From: a virus
Strand: one strand, 5' to 3'
Length of the DNA stretch: 64,000 nt
Virus record (IMG/VR): IMGVR_UViG_3300035187_002824
Coordinates: 4,659-68,658 of that record
The notes under the pieces were generated by a model. It ran no database searches. It had not been told where the DNA came from and saw only the letters and a list, made by a program, of their open reading frames with translations. The position numbers were made by a program, and so were the translations under genes. Shown here in pieces: positions 10,080 through 19,992 of the stretch. The first letter of the stretch is position 1. The number at the start of each line of letters is the position of its first letter.

Positions 10080-13000
10080 TTAATATAATTTCGTCACTTG
10101 CGGTGGTTCAGGATCTGATTCTCGAACCATGATAGCGTCATTGAATTCATTGCCTTGGTCGATAACGGAGTTCTTGCCCATCCATAATTGCATGAGTGCT
10201 TTCCGGCGGAACCTTGAGAATATCTTATTCAAATACTCTTGAGCCTGTGTATCAGACATTGTAGCTATCTTGTCCAAACCGGTGTCAAGCAGGAATTGCT
10301 TAGCCTCTGTACCTGACTGCTTAATAATATCCCAGTATTGGTCATCGGTAATCTTTGTGCCATCAGGAAGTTCCTGCCCCTTGTTGTAATCAGGAATGAA
10401 CAGTCCTCTCTTTATGAGTGGAGTATACACGGGGTGTTCCTTAACCTCTTGAGAGAATCTATCCCCGTACTTTATCGGTTCGCCAAGTGCATTCAGTTTT
10501 TCTCCGGAAGCCCTTCTTACAAATGGAATGTTCGCAGCAATCATGGATAGAAGATCATCTCTTCTGTACACATTACTGTCTGTCATCCGGTCGATATTGG
10601 ATAACAATCCTTTCCAAGGAATGAATCCGGAAAGAGGTCTTGTTAAATTACCTACAGTTTTCTCAAATGCATTCATGTCACCTTTGCTATCAACAAGCCC
10701 AGAGAGGAACCCATTAATACCGGTTAAGTATGATTGCTCAAGCATTCCTGACACAGATCTCTGAAGGACAAATGCTGACTCAGTCAAGATGTCCGATTCA
10801 TTCTGATCACTCCATCTTCTGTGGTCTGCTGTATTCCCGGCGAAAGAAAGCACGGCGAACAATGGTGAGAACTGGTATGAGTAGTACTTGTCACCAATCT
10901 TGATTGAATACGGAAGCCACCCGGTTTCTCTTAACTGAGCTTGCTTATCCCAATCGGTAGGACCTTTACCATAGATTTTAAATCCTGAGTCATCATCATC
11001 ATCATAAGCCAATGCTACCGCAGTCAGTAGTGTTGAACCTACAACTACCTTCAAAGCGGATCTTGCCTGCTCTTCTCTTTCATTTTCCCTCCTAACTCCA
11101 GGTATTCCAAATGGGGTGTACCCAAGCATTTCATTGAAGACGTTGGCAACAACTTTAGTGAATGGAACCACAAGTCTTAATGCAGGCATCTTCTTCACTC
11201 CGTTGTTTATGAGCTCAGCTACTATACCAAGAACACCTTGGGGTTTGTAGTTATATGTGAATTTACGACCGTAGTTTTTAGCTCGTTCAATGTAGTGAGC
11301 GTCTACCTTATTCTCCCATATCTCCCAAGCTCTACGATATGTCATAGCTCTTTTCTTAGTTGGAGAATAGTTTTCGCCCATGTACTTCATATCCGACTCA
11401 ACATCTTTTGTTGCCTCGGCAATTGTTTCACTCCATTCTTTCTTGGTGTACCCCATTTTTTCGTTAACGAAATCATTGAGGGCTTTCCCGGAAAGACCTT
11501 TATTCCTTCCTTCCATGTGAACGATTTCGTAAAGCTTAACAGCCTCTGCTCCAGAGAAGAATATCTCATCAGTAGCAGCCATAAAACGTCCAACGTATTT
11601 CAGGTAATTCAATGGGTTTATAGATCCTCCTTTATATCGAACATCTTCAAGAGGATTCACAACATTCTCTATACCGGTAAGATCGGATCGTATTGTAGAT
11701 GACGGTCCGTAAGCAATTGTTGATGCAGCTTCAGATACACCTTTTGTACCTACACCAGTAGCAAAAGCTTTCCATATCGACACAGCTCTCTTCATGTCAG
11801 GATATGTCAATACTTTACTCTTACCTACTTTTATTCCCGGGATGTTTGATGCTTCGCTTTTTAATCTGGGAGTTAATGCAAGTATGGAATTGATAGGCAT
11901 CTCAACAAGAGACTTAATCAAGTTTGCATTGAAGTTTAGTTTCTGTGTATCAATAGATGATAATGTGTTAGCATACCACATAGACCACATCAAGTCAGAT
12001 GGTGGTACCGGTATTTTGTTCTTGGCATCTTTAGATCCATATACAGAATAATTGTACATGGACTTCATGATCTCAATAGCTACTTTCCTCTTGGCTGCAT
12101 CGGTCTTAAGATTCTTCAATTTCTCTTGAAGAGATTCTATGTATGACACGAAGTCTTTATCGGGATCTTTTATACCGTATTCCTTCTTGATTATGTTTTC
12201 AATTTCATCCCTAGTCATCAATGAGCCATCACCTAGAATGTCATCTATAGCCTTCTTTAGCTTACGATTAACAACTGGAGCGTTATCACTTACTACTTTT
12301 GAAGCGTCATTCTTTTGAGTTGTAACTTTGTCGACAACATCTTTGGCTATTTTAGAAGCAACATCTTTTGACAGACCGTAATCTTTTGCTATTGTTTCTA
12401 CAAGCTTATCGGTAACACCGTCTTTAAGAATTGAATTCAAAGTATTTGATAACTCTTCTTTAGATTTTTCCGGCGATTGCTTAGCTGGCTTATCAACTTG
12501 ATTCTGTACAGCTTCATCAATTGTTTTTGGCAGACTCTTGATGACGTTGTCCATTGATTTCTCATACAGAGAAATGAATTCATTTATCTTCTCACGATTC
12601 TTTTCTATGTTAGATCTAATCTTATTGTTCTGAACATTCATCAAAGCAAGGAATTGCTTTGGAGAAAACTCATTCAGTATTTTCAACGCATCAACACCAC
12701 GACCAAGCTCTGTAGCAAACTTCATCATGAAGTTTGTAATCTCTACTGAACGCTCTCTTACTCTGTCTGCAGAAACTTGCTCGCCTTTAGACTCAAAGTC
12801 TTTAGCCATTTCTTCTGATGACTTAACGATCATTGATGCGAGAGTAATCCTTACAGCAGCATCAAGACCATTACGCTTATTCATAGCAATAGTAGTAGCA
12901 ACGTCTACGCCAAACTTATCTATGATGTTCTTAGCTTCTTGCTCGTTTATAGATCTGCTTCTCTGGTAGTATGTCTCAACTTCTTTAACAGCTTCCGCGG

Positions 13001-16000
13001 CTTGTTCTGTCAACTCTTTTTCATTTGACAATAATCTTTCCGCTGTTTTTCTTTTCGCAGTTCTAGTGCCTTCATCTTCGATGTTTGAGAATTCAGGATC
13101 TGCTACTTTCTCAAGTTCAGCTTTTATGAAATTCTTCATATCGTTCACAGCCTTCTCCCTTGCTTGTTCTGGAAGAGACTGGAAGTATTCTGTAGTCTGA
13201 AAGAATCCAATTGCATTCGCCACAGCCTGTGCTACTGATCCGGATGTTTCTATTGTTTTAGCTGCGAGCTCAATCATACCATCCCATGCTTTAAGCAGTA
13301 GCTTGTTAGCTCCGGCTGCACCAGCCATATCTTTCATGAATTGCTCCGGCATCTTTAATTTCCGGGTAGCGTCTGCAACCTTCTTGAATTTATCTTTGAT
13401 GGAAGTAGATTCTTCTTTAGTCTGCTTCTCTGCAAACATTCTGTCAAACACTTCTCTTACATCTTCATCAATCTTTACATTGATTGGAGATCCTTTAAGT
13501 GCAGAATAAATTTCAGTGAACCAATCCTTCATTCTATCGAACACTGACTTCAATTCAGGAGATGGAGCTTTACCATCTCTCATGTATCTCTCACCTGCAC
13601 GAGCAACTTTCTCTTCAGCTTTAACGTCCCATACTCCATCTTTAACTCCAGCCCATTGCTCAAGAGTTTTAATGTCCTCATCTATCTGTGACTTCAATTC
13701 TGGAGTTGATGCGTTATCTCTTGCTTCATAAATGTCACGTCTGAAGCCATGGAACAATTCATGGATGAGTGTGCTTATGTCTGCAGATTCAAACGCATGT
13801 ATGATGTATGCAGAGTTATCACCAAACTCTATAGCACCTTTCTCTCCTTGGGAAAGTTTCTTTGTAATGTCGACAGTTCTGTTCTCTGCAGGTTTACCCT
13901 GCATCTTTCTGTTTACAGTATTGATCGACATGGTCCATCCGCCGTTCTCTGCTTTAGAGTCAAGAACGATTCTGTCTCCCGGATTCATATCGATTGTTTC
14001 AATCATGGTTTCTTCCGGAGATATCATCTCTCTTTCTTCGTCAGAAAGTAATGATCTTTCAGATACATTTCTTGCCTCAACCTCGCCTGATGACTTGGTG
14101 TATATTTTTTTTGCAGTAGGTTTTGAATATCCAGCTGCAACAAAATCTTCCGGCGCTGACCCTGGTTGAAAACCTTCTTGCTTCTGGATAAAATGTTGTA
14201 CTTCGTGACGCAACGTGAGATACATATCAGCTATAGATCCAGCGCGTACAGCAATCTTGTTGTTCGATAGATCAGCATAACCCAGAGCTTTGGCTTCTGC
14301 GAGCTCTGAGTTCTTTGAATCCTGTATTTCTATTTCAATATCCTTAAGGAATGGATGTGATTCATAAAGCTCATTCCATTCAAGGACTTCAGAAAGTTTC
14401 TTTGTTCCCGGAACAACATCACCGTTATCATTCGATGATGGCTTGAATACAACATTGTCTTGACCTGGAACTTCTGTCTTCCATTTGTCATCAGCTCTGT
14501 CATAGTACCATCCGGTTTTTTGCCACACACTAGTAGCATCAGATCCTGAATCCTGAAGCTTTTTAGCTGAAGATAAATCAGTCTTCTGCTTAGGTGTAAG
14601 GTTGGATCCTTCTCCTACGAACTGGTATAATACTGGTTGGTCAACCAGATCTTCCGGTGAAGATTCCTGGGCAGACTTATCTGCATACCATTCGTCAATA
14701 TCTTTTCCGGTTTGTTTGGACCATACTTTTGCTCTTGCCTCGGCAAGTGATAATGCTGCACTTATCTGATCAGTGTCAGCTTTACCTTCAAAAGCTACAT
14801 TGACAGATTGTTCAAACGCTTCTCTGTTTGGTGATGGAACTTTTACTGTTTCCGGTTTTATTTCTTCTTGAACAGGTTGTTGCACTTGTTCTTCTTTGGC
14901 GAGCTCTGCTTGTACCTCCGGCTTTGATGCAGTCTTTGATACAGCATTAGCAACTGAGTTCACAACATTGCCTATTACTTCTGCGACAATAGGGTCTACT
15001 TTCTTCTTCTGTTCCTCAGTGAGTGTTTTATACTTTGACTTGAATACATCCATTGATGAGTTGTATCCAAATGCAGCACCCATAACAAATGATCCGACAA
15101 GGAACTCTTGCCAAGATTCCATGTCAGGAAACTTTTCCTTTACAGCATCGATGAACGATTGACCATTCTCTGTTTCAAGATAAATGTTCGTGAGCTCTTC
15201 ACCTAATTCCTGTCCGGTCTCACCAATACCACGAGATACTACTGCACCGGTTTTATCAACAGAAGAAGCAATAGCTTTCACCCCTCTATCTGTTAATAGT
15301 TTCTTTGTATACATGGCACCTTTCTCAGTAGCAGCAACACTCAGTGCTTTACCAATAAACGGCTCAACAGCTTGACCTAAAATTGATCCGGCAAAACCGG
15401 CTGCGAAGTTAAGTTGATCTTCATTATTTGTGAAGATATTCCCAGCCATCTCAAATGAATACGCTTCATCAAGAGCCTTTCCTATTGCTTTAGCAATCTT
15501 GCTGTTTGAGTTTACAAAAGAGGAAACATATGCAGCTTCAAGAGATGTTGCTTTCCCGGCTTTATCTATGGCGGACAATCCTTTCTGAAGCGATCCTAAA
15601 GCTGGTACATTTCTTGTCATCAGCAATGGTATCATTATACCACCTGTAGTTCCTGCGAGCTCACCCAATCTATCAGCATCAAAGTCTGTAACCCATGAAG
15701 CTGGATTGTACCACTTGAAATCAGATTGCATTAAAGGATCAGGAGTGGATTGCTCTATGTTTGCGCCAAGCTGAGCTTGGTTTATATTCTCGTTCTTTAC
15801 CCCGATGTCATTCAACATAGACACGACAAGAGCATTCCTGTCTGAGTATTTTGTACTCTTTGTTCCTTCAACATTTGGAGATATCATTGACAGAGCAGAC
15901 TCTGTTGCGCTGGCAGCAAAACCAGGTTCATTACCAAATCCGGAAATGGATGAGTTGAGGAAGAACAATGGAGCCATCACCTGAAGATCTCTCTTCAATC

Positions 16001-17324
16001 TGTAGTAACGATCTCTGTCATCATCTTTGAGTGCATCTCCTGCAATAGGGATCTGTGAAAGGAAATCCTTTGGAGCATCCATAGCTCCGCCGTAACTCTG
16101 AGACAACGTAATATATTCGTCATACATTGTTTTGTACCACAGTTCGAACTTCTCTTTCTCAGACAATCCAGATGGCAATGCATCAAGAAGTTTGATTGAG
16201 GAATCAGAAACGGTATTCTTTACTTCATCAATAGTAGGGATAGCGGAGAAGAAGTCTCCGCGCATAGCTTTGTATTCGTCGAGTTTATTCTCGTAGAAAT
16301 CCCTCTGCGATGGCGTGAGATTTCTTTCGAGCATCTTCTCCATTTGAGATACAGCAGCATCAACATTCTGATATCTCTTGTTACGGAATTCATTATACTG
16401 CTTCTCGTATTCTCGGTACTTCTGTCCAAAGTAATTATCATCCGAATATCCAGGAACAGACTTGAGTCTTTCCATTTCTGATTTAAGGAAATATTCTTTC
16501 GACACAAGATTCATGTAGTCCTGATTGATACCATCGCCACCGAAGAAAGATACTCCAGTGTTCGGATCTACATCTTGATTAGTAGCAAGAGATCTAGCCA
16601 TCTCACGTTTTTGAGATGACATATATTGATCAACAGTTTTACCTTGAGCCTCAGCCTTCTTCTTTTCTACAGCTGTAGTCAATGCAAAATTATAGAAGTT
16701 GTCATACGTTGATTTATTCTGACGAAAGAACTCTGACTGGTTTATACCTTGCGATGCGGTCTGATCAGCACCGGTTGATACATCAGGATTCAATGGGTCA
16801 TAAACTTCTTCTGTAGCTTGTTGTTGAGGCAATAGCTTATTAAGCTCACTGAGCATTTTCTTTTGCTGATCATCGAGATAATAATCTGCAGGCTTGATGT
16901 TTGAAGCAATTGACTTTACATCAAACGGAGATTGCTCGGCACCTTGTTGTTCAACACCTGCTCCGAAAGCTTCATTGAATAAAGAAGATACTTCAGTTTC
17001 TGTTGTTGGAGTTGCTGGTGTTCCCTCCCAGACTTGCTGAAAATTTGATTGGACCGATTGTTGCGCTGAAGGAGCAGGTTGCCCATTTACTGAAAACGTT
17101 GCTCCATATCCGCCACCATTTTCTGCTGTCACCTCCACCGGTGTGGCTTGCTGTATTGCTGGTGAAGGTTCCGCTTTTTTTAATGGCACACCTCCTGCAG
17201 GGATCTCATCATCAATCTCACCGGCAGCAGATGACGTTGGTGCAACATTAACTTTTGCTGTAGTACTTTTTAATGGAACTCCACCTGCCGGGATTTCATC
17301 ATCCAATTCATTTCCGTTGCTCAT
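10080..17324 (-). CDS. giant internal virion/ejection protein, 'large polyvalent protein' type with zincin-like HExxH motifs
   Basis: 2414 aa; WQKTGWYY..DDKWKTE (LPD23-like), HEVQHFIQKQEGF, IHELFH, C-terminal GWLPYSIKIGDKYYSY (LPD38-like); last of three ejection-type genes. Confidence 0.7.
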   Translation of the reverse strand: MSNGNELDDEIPAGGVPLKSTTAKVNVAPTSSAAGEIDDEIPAGGVPLKKAEPSPAIQQATPVEVTAENGGGYGATFSVNGQPAPSAQQSVQSNFQQVWEGTPATPTTETEVSSLFNEAFGAGVEQQGAEQSPFDVKSIASNIKPADYYLDDQQKKMLSELNKLLPQQQATEEVYDPLNPDVSTGADQTASQGINQSEFFRQNKSTYDNFYNFALTTAVEKKKAEAQGKTVDQYMSSQKREMARSLATNQDVDPNTGVSFFGGDGINQDYMNLVSKEYFLKSEMERLKSVPGYSDDNYFGQKYREYEKQYNEFRNKRYQNVDAAVSQMEKMLERNLTPSQRDFYENKLDEYKAMRGDFFSAIPTIDEVKNTVSDSSIKLLDALPSGLSEKEKFELWYKTMYDEYITLSQSYGGAMDAPKDFLSQIPIAGDALKDDDRDRYYRLKRDLQVMAPLFFLNSSISGFGNEPGFAASATESALSMISPNVEGTKSTKYSDRNALVVSMLNDIGVKNENINQAQLGANIEQSTPDPLMQSDFKWYNPASWVTDFDADRLGELAGTTGGIMIPLLMTRNVPALGSLQKGLSAIDKAGKATSLEAAYVSSFVNSNSKIAKAIGKALDEAYSFEMAGNIFTNNEDQLNFAAGFAGSILGQAVEPFIGKALSVAATEKGAMYTKKLLTDRGVKAIASSVDKTGAVVSRGIGETGQELGEELTNIYLETENGQSFIDAVKEKFPDMESWQEFLVGSFVMGAAFGYNSSMDVFKSKYKTLTEEQKKKVDPIVAEVIGNVVNSVANAVSKTASKPEVQAELAKEEQVQQPVQEEIKPETVKVPSPNREAFEQSVNVAFEGKADTDQISAALSLAEARAKVWSKQTGKDIDEWYADKSAQESSPEDLVDQPVLYQFVGEGSNLTPKQKTDLSSAKKLQDSGSDATSVWQKTGWYYDRADDKWKTEVPGQDNVVFKPSSNDNGDVVPGTKKLSEVLEWNELYESHPFLKDIEIEIQDSKNSELAEAKALGYADLSNNKIAVRAGSIADMYLTLRHEVQHFIQKQEGFQPGSAPEDFVAAGYSKPTAKKIYTKSSGEVEARNVSERSLLSDEEREMISPEETMIETIDMNPGDRIVLDSKAENGGWTMSINTVNRKMQGKPAENRTVDITKKLSQGEKGAIEFGDNSAYIIHAFESADISTLIHELFHGFRRDIYEARDNASTPELKSQIDEDIKTLEQWAGVKDGVWDVKAEEKVARAGERYMRDGKAPSPELKSVFDRMKDWFTEIYSALKGSPINVKIDEDVREVFDRMFAEKQTKEESTSIKDKFKKVADATRKLKMPEQFMKDMAGAAGANKLLLKAWDGMIELAAKTIETSGSVAQAVANAIGFFQTTEYFQSLPEQAREKAVNDMKNFIKAELEKVADPEFSNIEDEGTRTAKRKTAERLLSNEKELTEQAAEAVKEVETYYQRSRSINEQEAKNIIDKFGVDVATTIAMNKRNGLDAAVRITLASMIVKSSEEMAKDFESKGEQVSADRVRERSVEITNFMMKFATELGRGVDALKILNEFSPKQFLALMNVQNNKIRSNIEKNREKINEFISLYEKSMDNVIKSLPKTIDEAVQNQVDKPAKQSPEKSKEELSNTLNSILKDGVTDKLVETIAKDYGLSKDVASKIAKDVVDKVTTQKNDASKVVSDNAPVVNRKLKKAIDDILGDGSLMTRDEIENIIKKEYGIKDPDKDFVSYIESLQEKLKNLKTDAAKRKVAIEIMKSMYNYSVYGSKDAKNKIPVPPSDLMWSMWYANTLSSIDTQKLNFNANLIKSLVEMPINSILALTPRLKSEASNIPGIKVGKSKVLTYPDMKRAVSIWKAFATGVGTKGVSEAASTIAYGPSSTIRSDLTGIENVVNPLEDVRYKGGSINPLNYLKYVGRFMAATDEIFFSGAEAVKLYEIVHMEGRNKGLSGKALNDFVNEKMGYTKKEWSETIAEATKDVESDMKYMGENYSPTKKRAMTYRRAWEIWENKVDAHYIERAKNYGRKFTYNYKPQGVLGIVAELINNGVKKMPALRLVVPFTKVVANVFNEMLGYTPFGIPGVRRENEREEQARSALKVVVGSTLLTAVALAYDDDDDSGFKIYGKGPTDWDKQAQLRETGWLPYSIKIGDKYYSYQFSPLFAVLSFAGNTADHRRWSDQNESDILTESAFVLQRSVSGMLEQSYLTGINGFLSGLVDSKGDMNAFEKTVGNLTRPLSGFIPWKGLLSNIDRMTDSNVYRRDDLLSMIAANIPFVRRASGEKLNALGEPIKYGDRFSQEVKEHPVYTPLIKRGLFIPDYNKGQELPDGTKITDDQYWDIIKQSGTEAKQFLLDTGLDKIATMSDTQAQEYLNKIFSRFRRKALMQLWMGKNSVIDQGNEFNDAIMVRESDPEPPQVTKLY

Positions 17325-19306
17325 TGCTGATATTTTAAGCGTTCTTTAGACATCTCTTCATCGTAGATTGTATGGCCTTTAGCTTGCGCCTCTTTGTAAG
17401 TTTCAGGATCAGAGATTGTGTACTCAGTACCAGATCTTGTTACCGCCACAACCTTCTTACCTTCTGGCCATGCTGCCTCTTGTGATTTCTTTGTTGTACT
17501 GTATGAGTCTTCAGCCACATTTTTAACTGTAGCATTAGAGTTTTGTTCCTGATATTTATATGCAGCACCAGCATCTGAAGCAGTGAAAGTAGAATGATTA
17601 TTTCTTGTGTCTACAGCTGCAGGTATTCTTTGAGTAGTCTTAACTGTTTTCACAACCTGACCAGTCACAGGATCTGTTACCTGTATCTCTTTCTCAACAT
17701 TGAAATAACCAACGGCAACACGGACAACTTCTTCTTTACCGTTTGCGCCTTTCACTTTCATATCACTGAATTCAGTTGGAACAAACGCTCCGTCTTTAGG
17801 TAATTCTTTATCAACAACATTACCATTAGAATCATAGATGATGGCACTACTTAAGTAAACCGGTTTTGCGTTTGATTTAGCGCCGGTGGCAACAGCATTA
17901 TTTGTATTGAACAACATGCCGTCATCCTGTTTGTTTACAACGTAATACCCATCAGCGCCTTTGCGAACATATTGTCCTTCGTTCATTTTTATGTAAGCAG
18001 AAACTTTGTCTGCGCCATACTTCTTGATGTACTCATCAGGAATCTTAAGACCAGATTCGTTGGCAAAGTTGTTTACTTTATTTTGCTGAACAGTAAGGTT
18101 TTCTACTTTCTGTTCGTAACCAGCTCCGCCCCTTGTAGGTGTTGATACAGTACGTATGTCAGACTCTTGGATATCAGGCATCATTGCCTTGAGTCTTTTG
18201 TAGATCATGTCCTCAGTAACCCATGGAACATTATAATATTGACCTCCTTCAGCTTTCAATTGCTTAGCTATTTCTCTGGCACCTTTCTCGATAGTTTCGT
18301 AACGAGATTTTCTAGCAAGATCATATTCTCCTTGAGCTGCAAATTTACCCCAGTTCTCGTTAACCTGACGTTCAAGTTCAGGAAGGATTTGAGACTTAAG
18401 TTTCTCATCGAGAGACATTGTACCTACAAGCTCATTGAGATTCTTACGTATGTTTACATCAACTTTTCCGTTGGCAAAATCTTCAATACCTTTTTTGTAT
18501 TCACGGTACTTCTGCATTGTGTCGGCTGAATACGTACCTTTTCCTTCTTTATCGTCCTTCTCAATAGTAGCCATGATGTCGGTGATATTGTCTATCTCCT
18601 TAGCTACTGTATTGTAGTTATCAAGTGTTTGAGCAAAGTTTCTACCAAGAGCTGATCGAGGATCCTGCAGCATTACAGCCCACTTATCTCCGTACATCTT
18701 CTTTGATTCATCTACATACTTATTTACAGTAGCGTAGAATTCGTCCTGAAGTGCACCTGTCCATCTAGCTTCTTTTGTTGTAGGAGCTTCAGGCATATCG
18801 AACTTTGAAAGAGCTGCAGCCCTTGCTGCGATAGCAGCTTTCTGAGCACGGTCTCTTGCATCGACAAGACCCCATGGCATGTATCCACCTGATCTTACAA
18901 AGATCGGATTGTTCCCAACTATCCTTCCGGAGTAATTCCCCTTAAGAATTGGATCCTCAAGACCAGGCATATACTCTGTTCTGTCAAGCTTTTCTATAGC
19001 AGGAAGAGGGAGTTGTGAGTCTATGTTGGCAAGAAGATCTTTATCCATTGTGGATAAAGCTTGAAGGTCCGCGCCAGAAAGGATGTTGTCAATAGATACA
19101 TATCTCTCCCCGTTATTCGGAGGTAAGGTTAATCCAGGAACTGGAGATTGAACTGGTTGAGTAGGTGTTACCTGTGGTATTTCAATAGGAACTGGAGGCG
19201 GTGTAGCTGGTGTACCAGCAGTTGGCAATACAAATTCAGTCTGAGGCTGCGCACTCAGATTCCCGGCTTCGAGGTCCTGGTTTAGGTAATCAATAGGATC
19301 TGGCAT
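17321..19306 (-). CDS. putative internal virion (ejection) protein
   Basis: 661 aa, Pro-rich N-terminus then helical; podovirus synteny. Confidence 0.55.
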   Translation of the reverse strand: MPDPIDYLNQDLEAGNLSAQPQTEFVLPTAGTPATPPPVPIEIPQVTPTQPVQSPVPGLTLPPNNGERYVSIDNILSGADLQALSTMDKDLLANIDSQLPLPAIEKLDRTEYMPGLEDPILKGNYSGRIVGNNPIFVRSGGYMPWGLVDARDRAQKAAIAARAAALSKFDMPEAPTTKEARWTGALQDEFYATVNKYVDESKKMYGDKWAVMLQDPRSALGRNFAQTLDNYNTVAKEIDNITDIMATIEKDDKEGKGTYSADTMQKYREYKKGIEDFANGKVDVNIRKNLNELVGTMSLDEKLKSQILPELERQVNENWGKFAAQGEYDLARKSRYETIEKGAREIAKQLKAEGGQYYNVPWVTEDMIYKRLKAMMPDIQESDIRTVSTPTRGGAGYEQKVENLTVQQNKVNNFANESGLKIPDEYIKKYGADKVSAYIKMNEGQYVRKGADGYYVVNKQDDGMLFNTNNAVATGAKSNAKPVYLSSAIIYDSNGNVVDKELPKDGAFVPTEFSDMKVKGANGKEEVVRVAVGYFNVEKEIQVTDPVTGQVVKTVKTTQRIPAAVDTRNNHSTFTASDAGAAYKYQEQNSNATVKNVAEDSYSTTKKSQEAAWPEGKKVVAVTRSGTEYTISDPETYKEAQAKGHTIYDEEMSKERLKYQQ

Positions 19307-19992
19307 TACACTACGTTTTCTGGAGCTGTCATTGAATCAACCCCGGTTCCTTCTACGCCTTTGTTTTGAAAAAGGTTCTGAAGCAATGATTGAACTTTGT
19401 TTCCACCCTTATTGAGTAACTCATCATACTTTCCGGAAGCTACTCCTGACATGATGTTCATGGTATTTTCTTTACCATACTGAGCTTCCTCGGCAGCGGC
19501 TTGTGCTTTATCAAGAAGCGTGAGCTCAAGTTTACGCTGAGACAATCTATCAAGCATCTGGTCTTGAAGACTGGTGTAGAACGGTATGCGTGTTTGCGCT
19601 TGAGCAACAGCGTTATTAACACCTTGCTGTTGCATCTTCTGAGACTTCAATAAAGCATCAACAGTCTGACCGGCATTCCCGCCAGTAGATCTAACAAGAG
19701 AGCCTCTTGTGGCTTCAGCTGCATCAGCAACTTCTCCAATGGCGGCTTGAGTAGTGATGTCGGTTCCCATCTCTGTAGACATTCGCTTAGCTCTAATCTC
19801 TTCGAGAAGAGCACGTTGCTCAGGATCTTCCATTAATGGCCTGGCATTGTCAGCTTTATTCTTAGCAACGGAAGTATCGACTAGATTACCAAAGGCAGAG
19901 CCAATACCCATACCTACTGATGTTCCGACACCTGGCGCTACAGAACCTGCTGCTGCACCTAATAAGGATCCTATGGCTGCACCTCTTGACAT
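19306..19992 (-). CDS. putative small ejection (pilot) protein
   Basis: Gly/Ala-rich hydrophobic N-terminus (GAAIGSLLGAAAG...GMGIGSAFG) then a Gln/Ala helix. Confidence 0.65.
   Translation of the reverse strand: MSRGAAIGSLLGAAAGSVAPGVGTSVGMGIGSAFGNLVDTSVAKNKADNARPLMEDPEQRALLEEIRAKRMSTEMGTDITTQAAIGEVADAAEATRGSLVRSTGGNAGQTVDALLKSQKMQQQGVNNAVAQAQTRIPFYTSLQDQMLDRLSQRKLELTLLDKAQAAAEEAQYGKENTMNIMSGVASGKYDELLNKGGNKVQSLLQNLFQNKGVEGTGVDSMTAPENVV

Noticed and set aside
15665-15700. TDFDADRL in the 2414-aa protein, resembling the DFDxD catalytic loop of crAss virion RNA polymerases
   Set aside because: The context is helical/Gly-rich ejection-protein sequence with no recognisable DPBB motifs; treated as chance unless a structure search says otherwise
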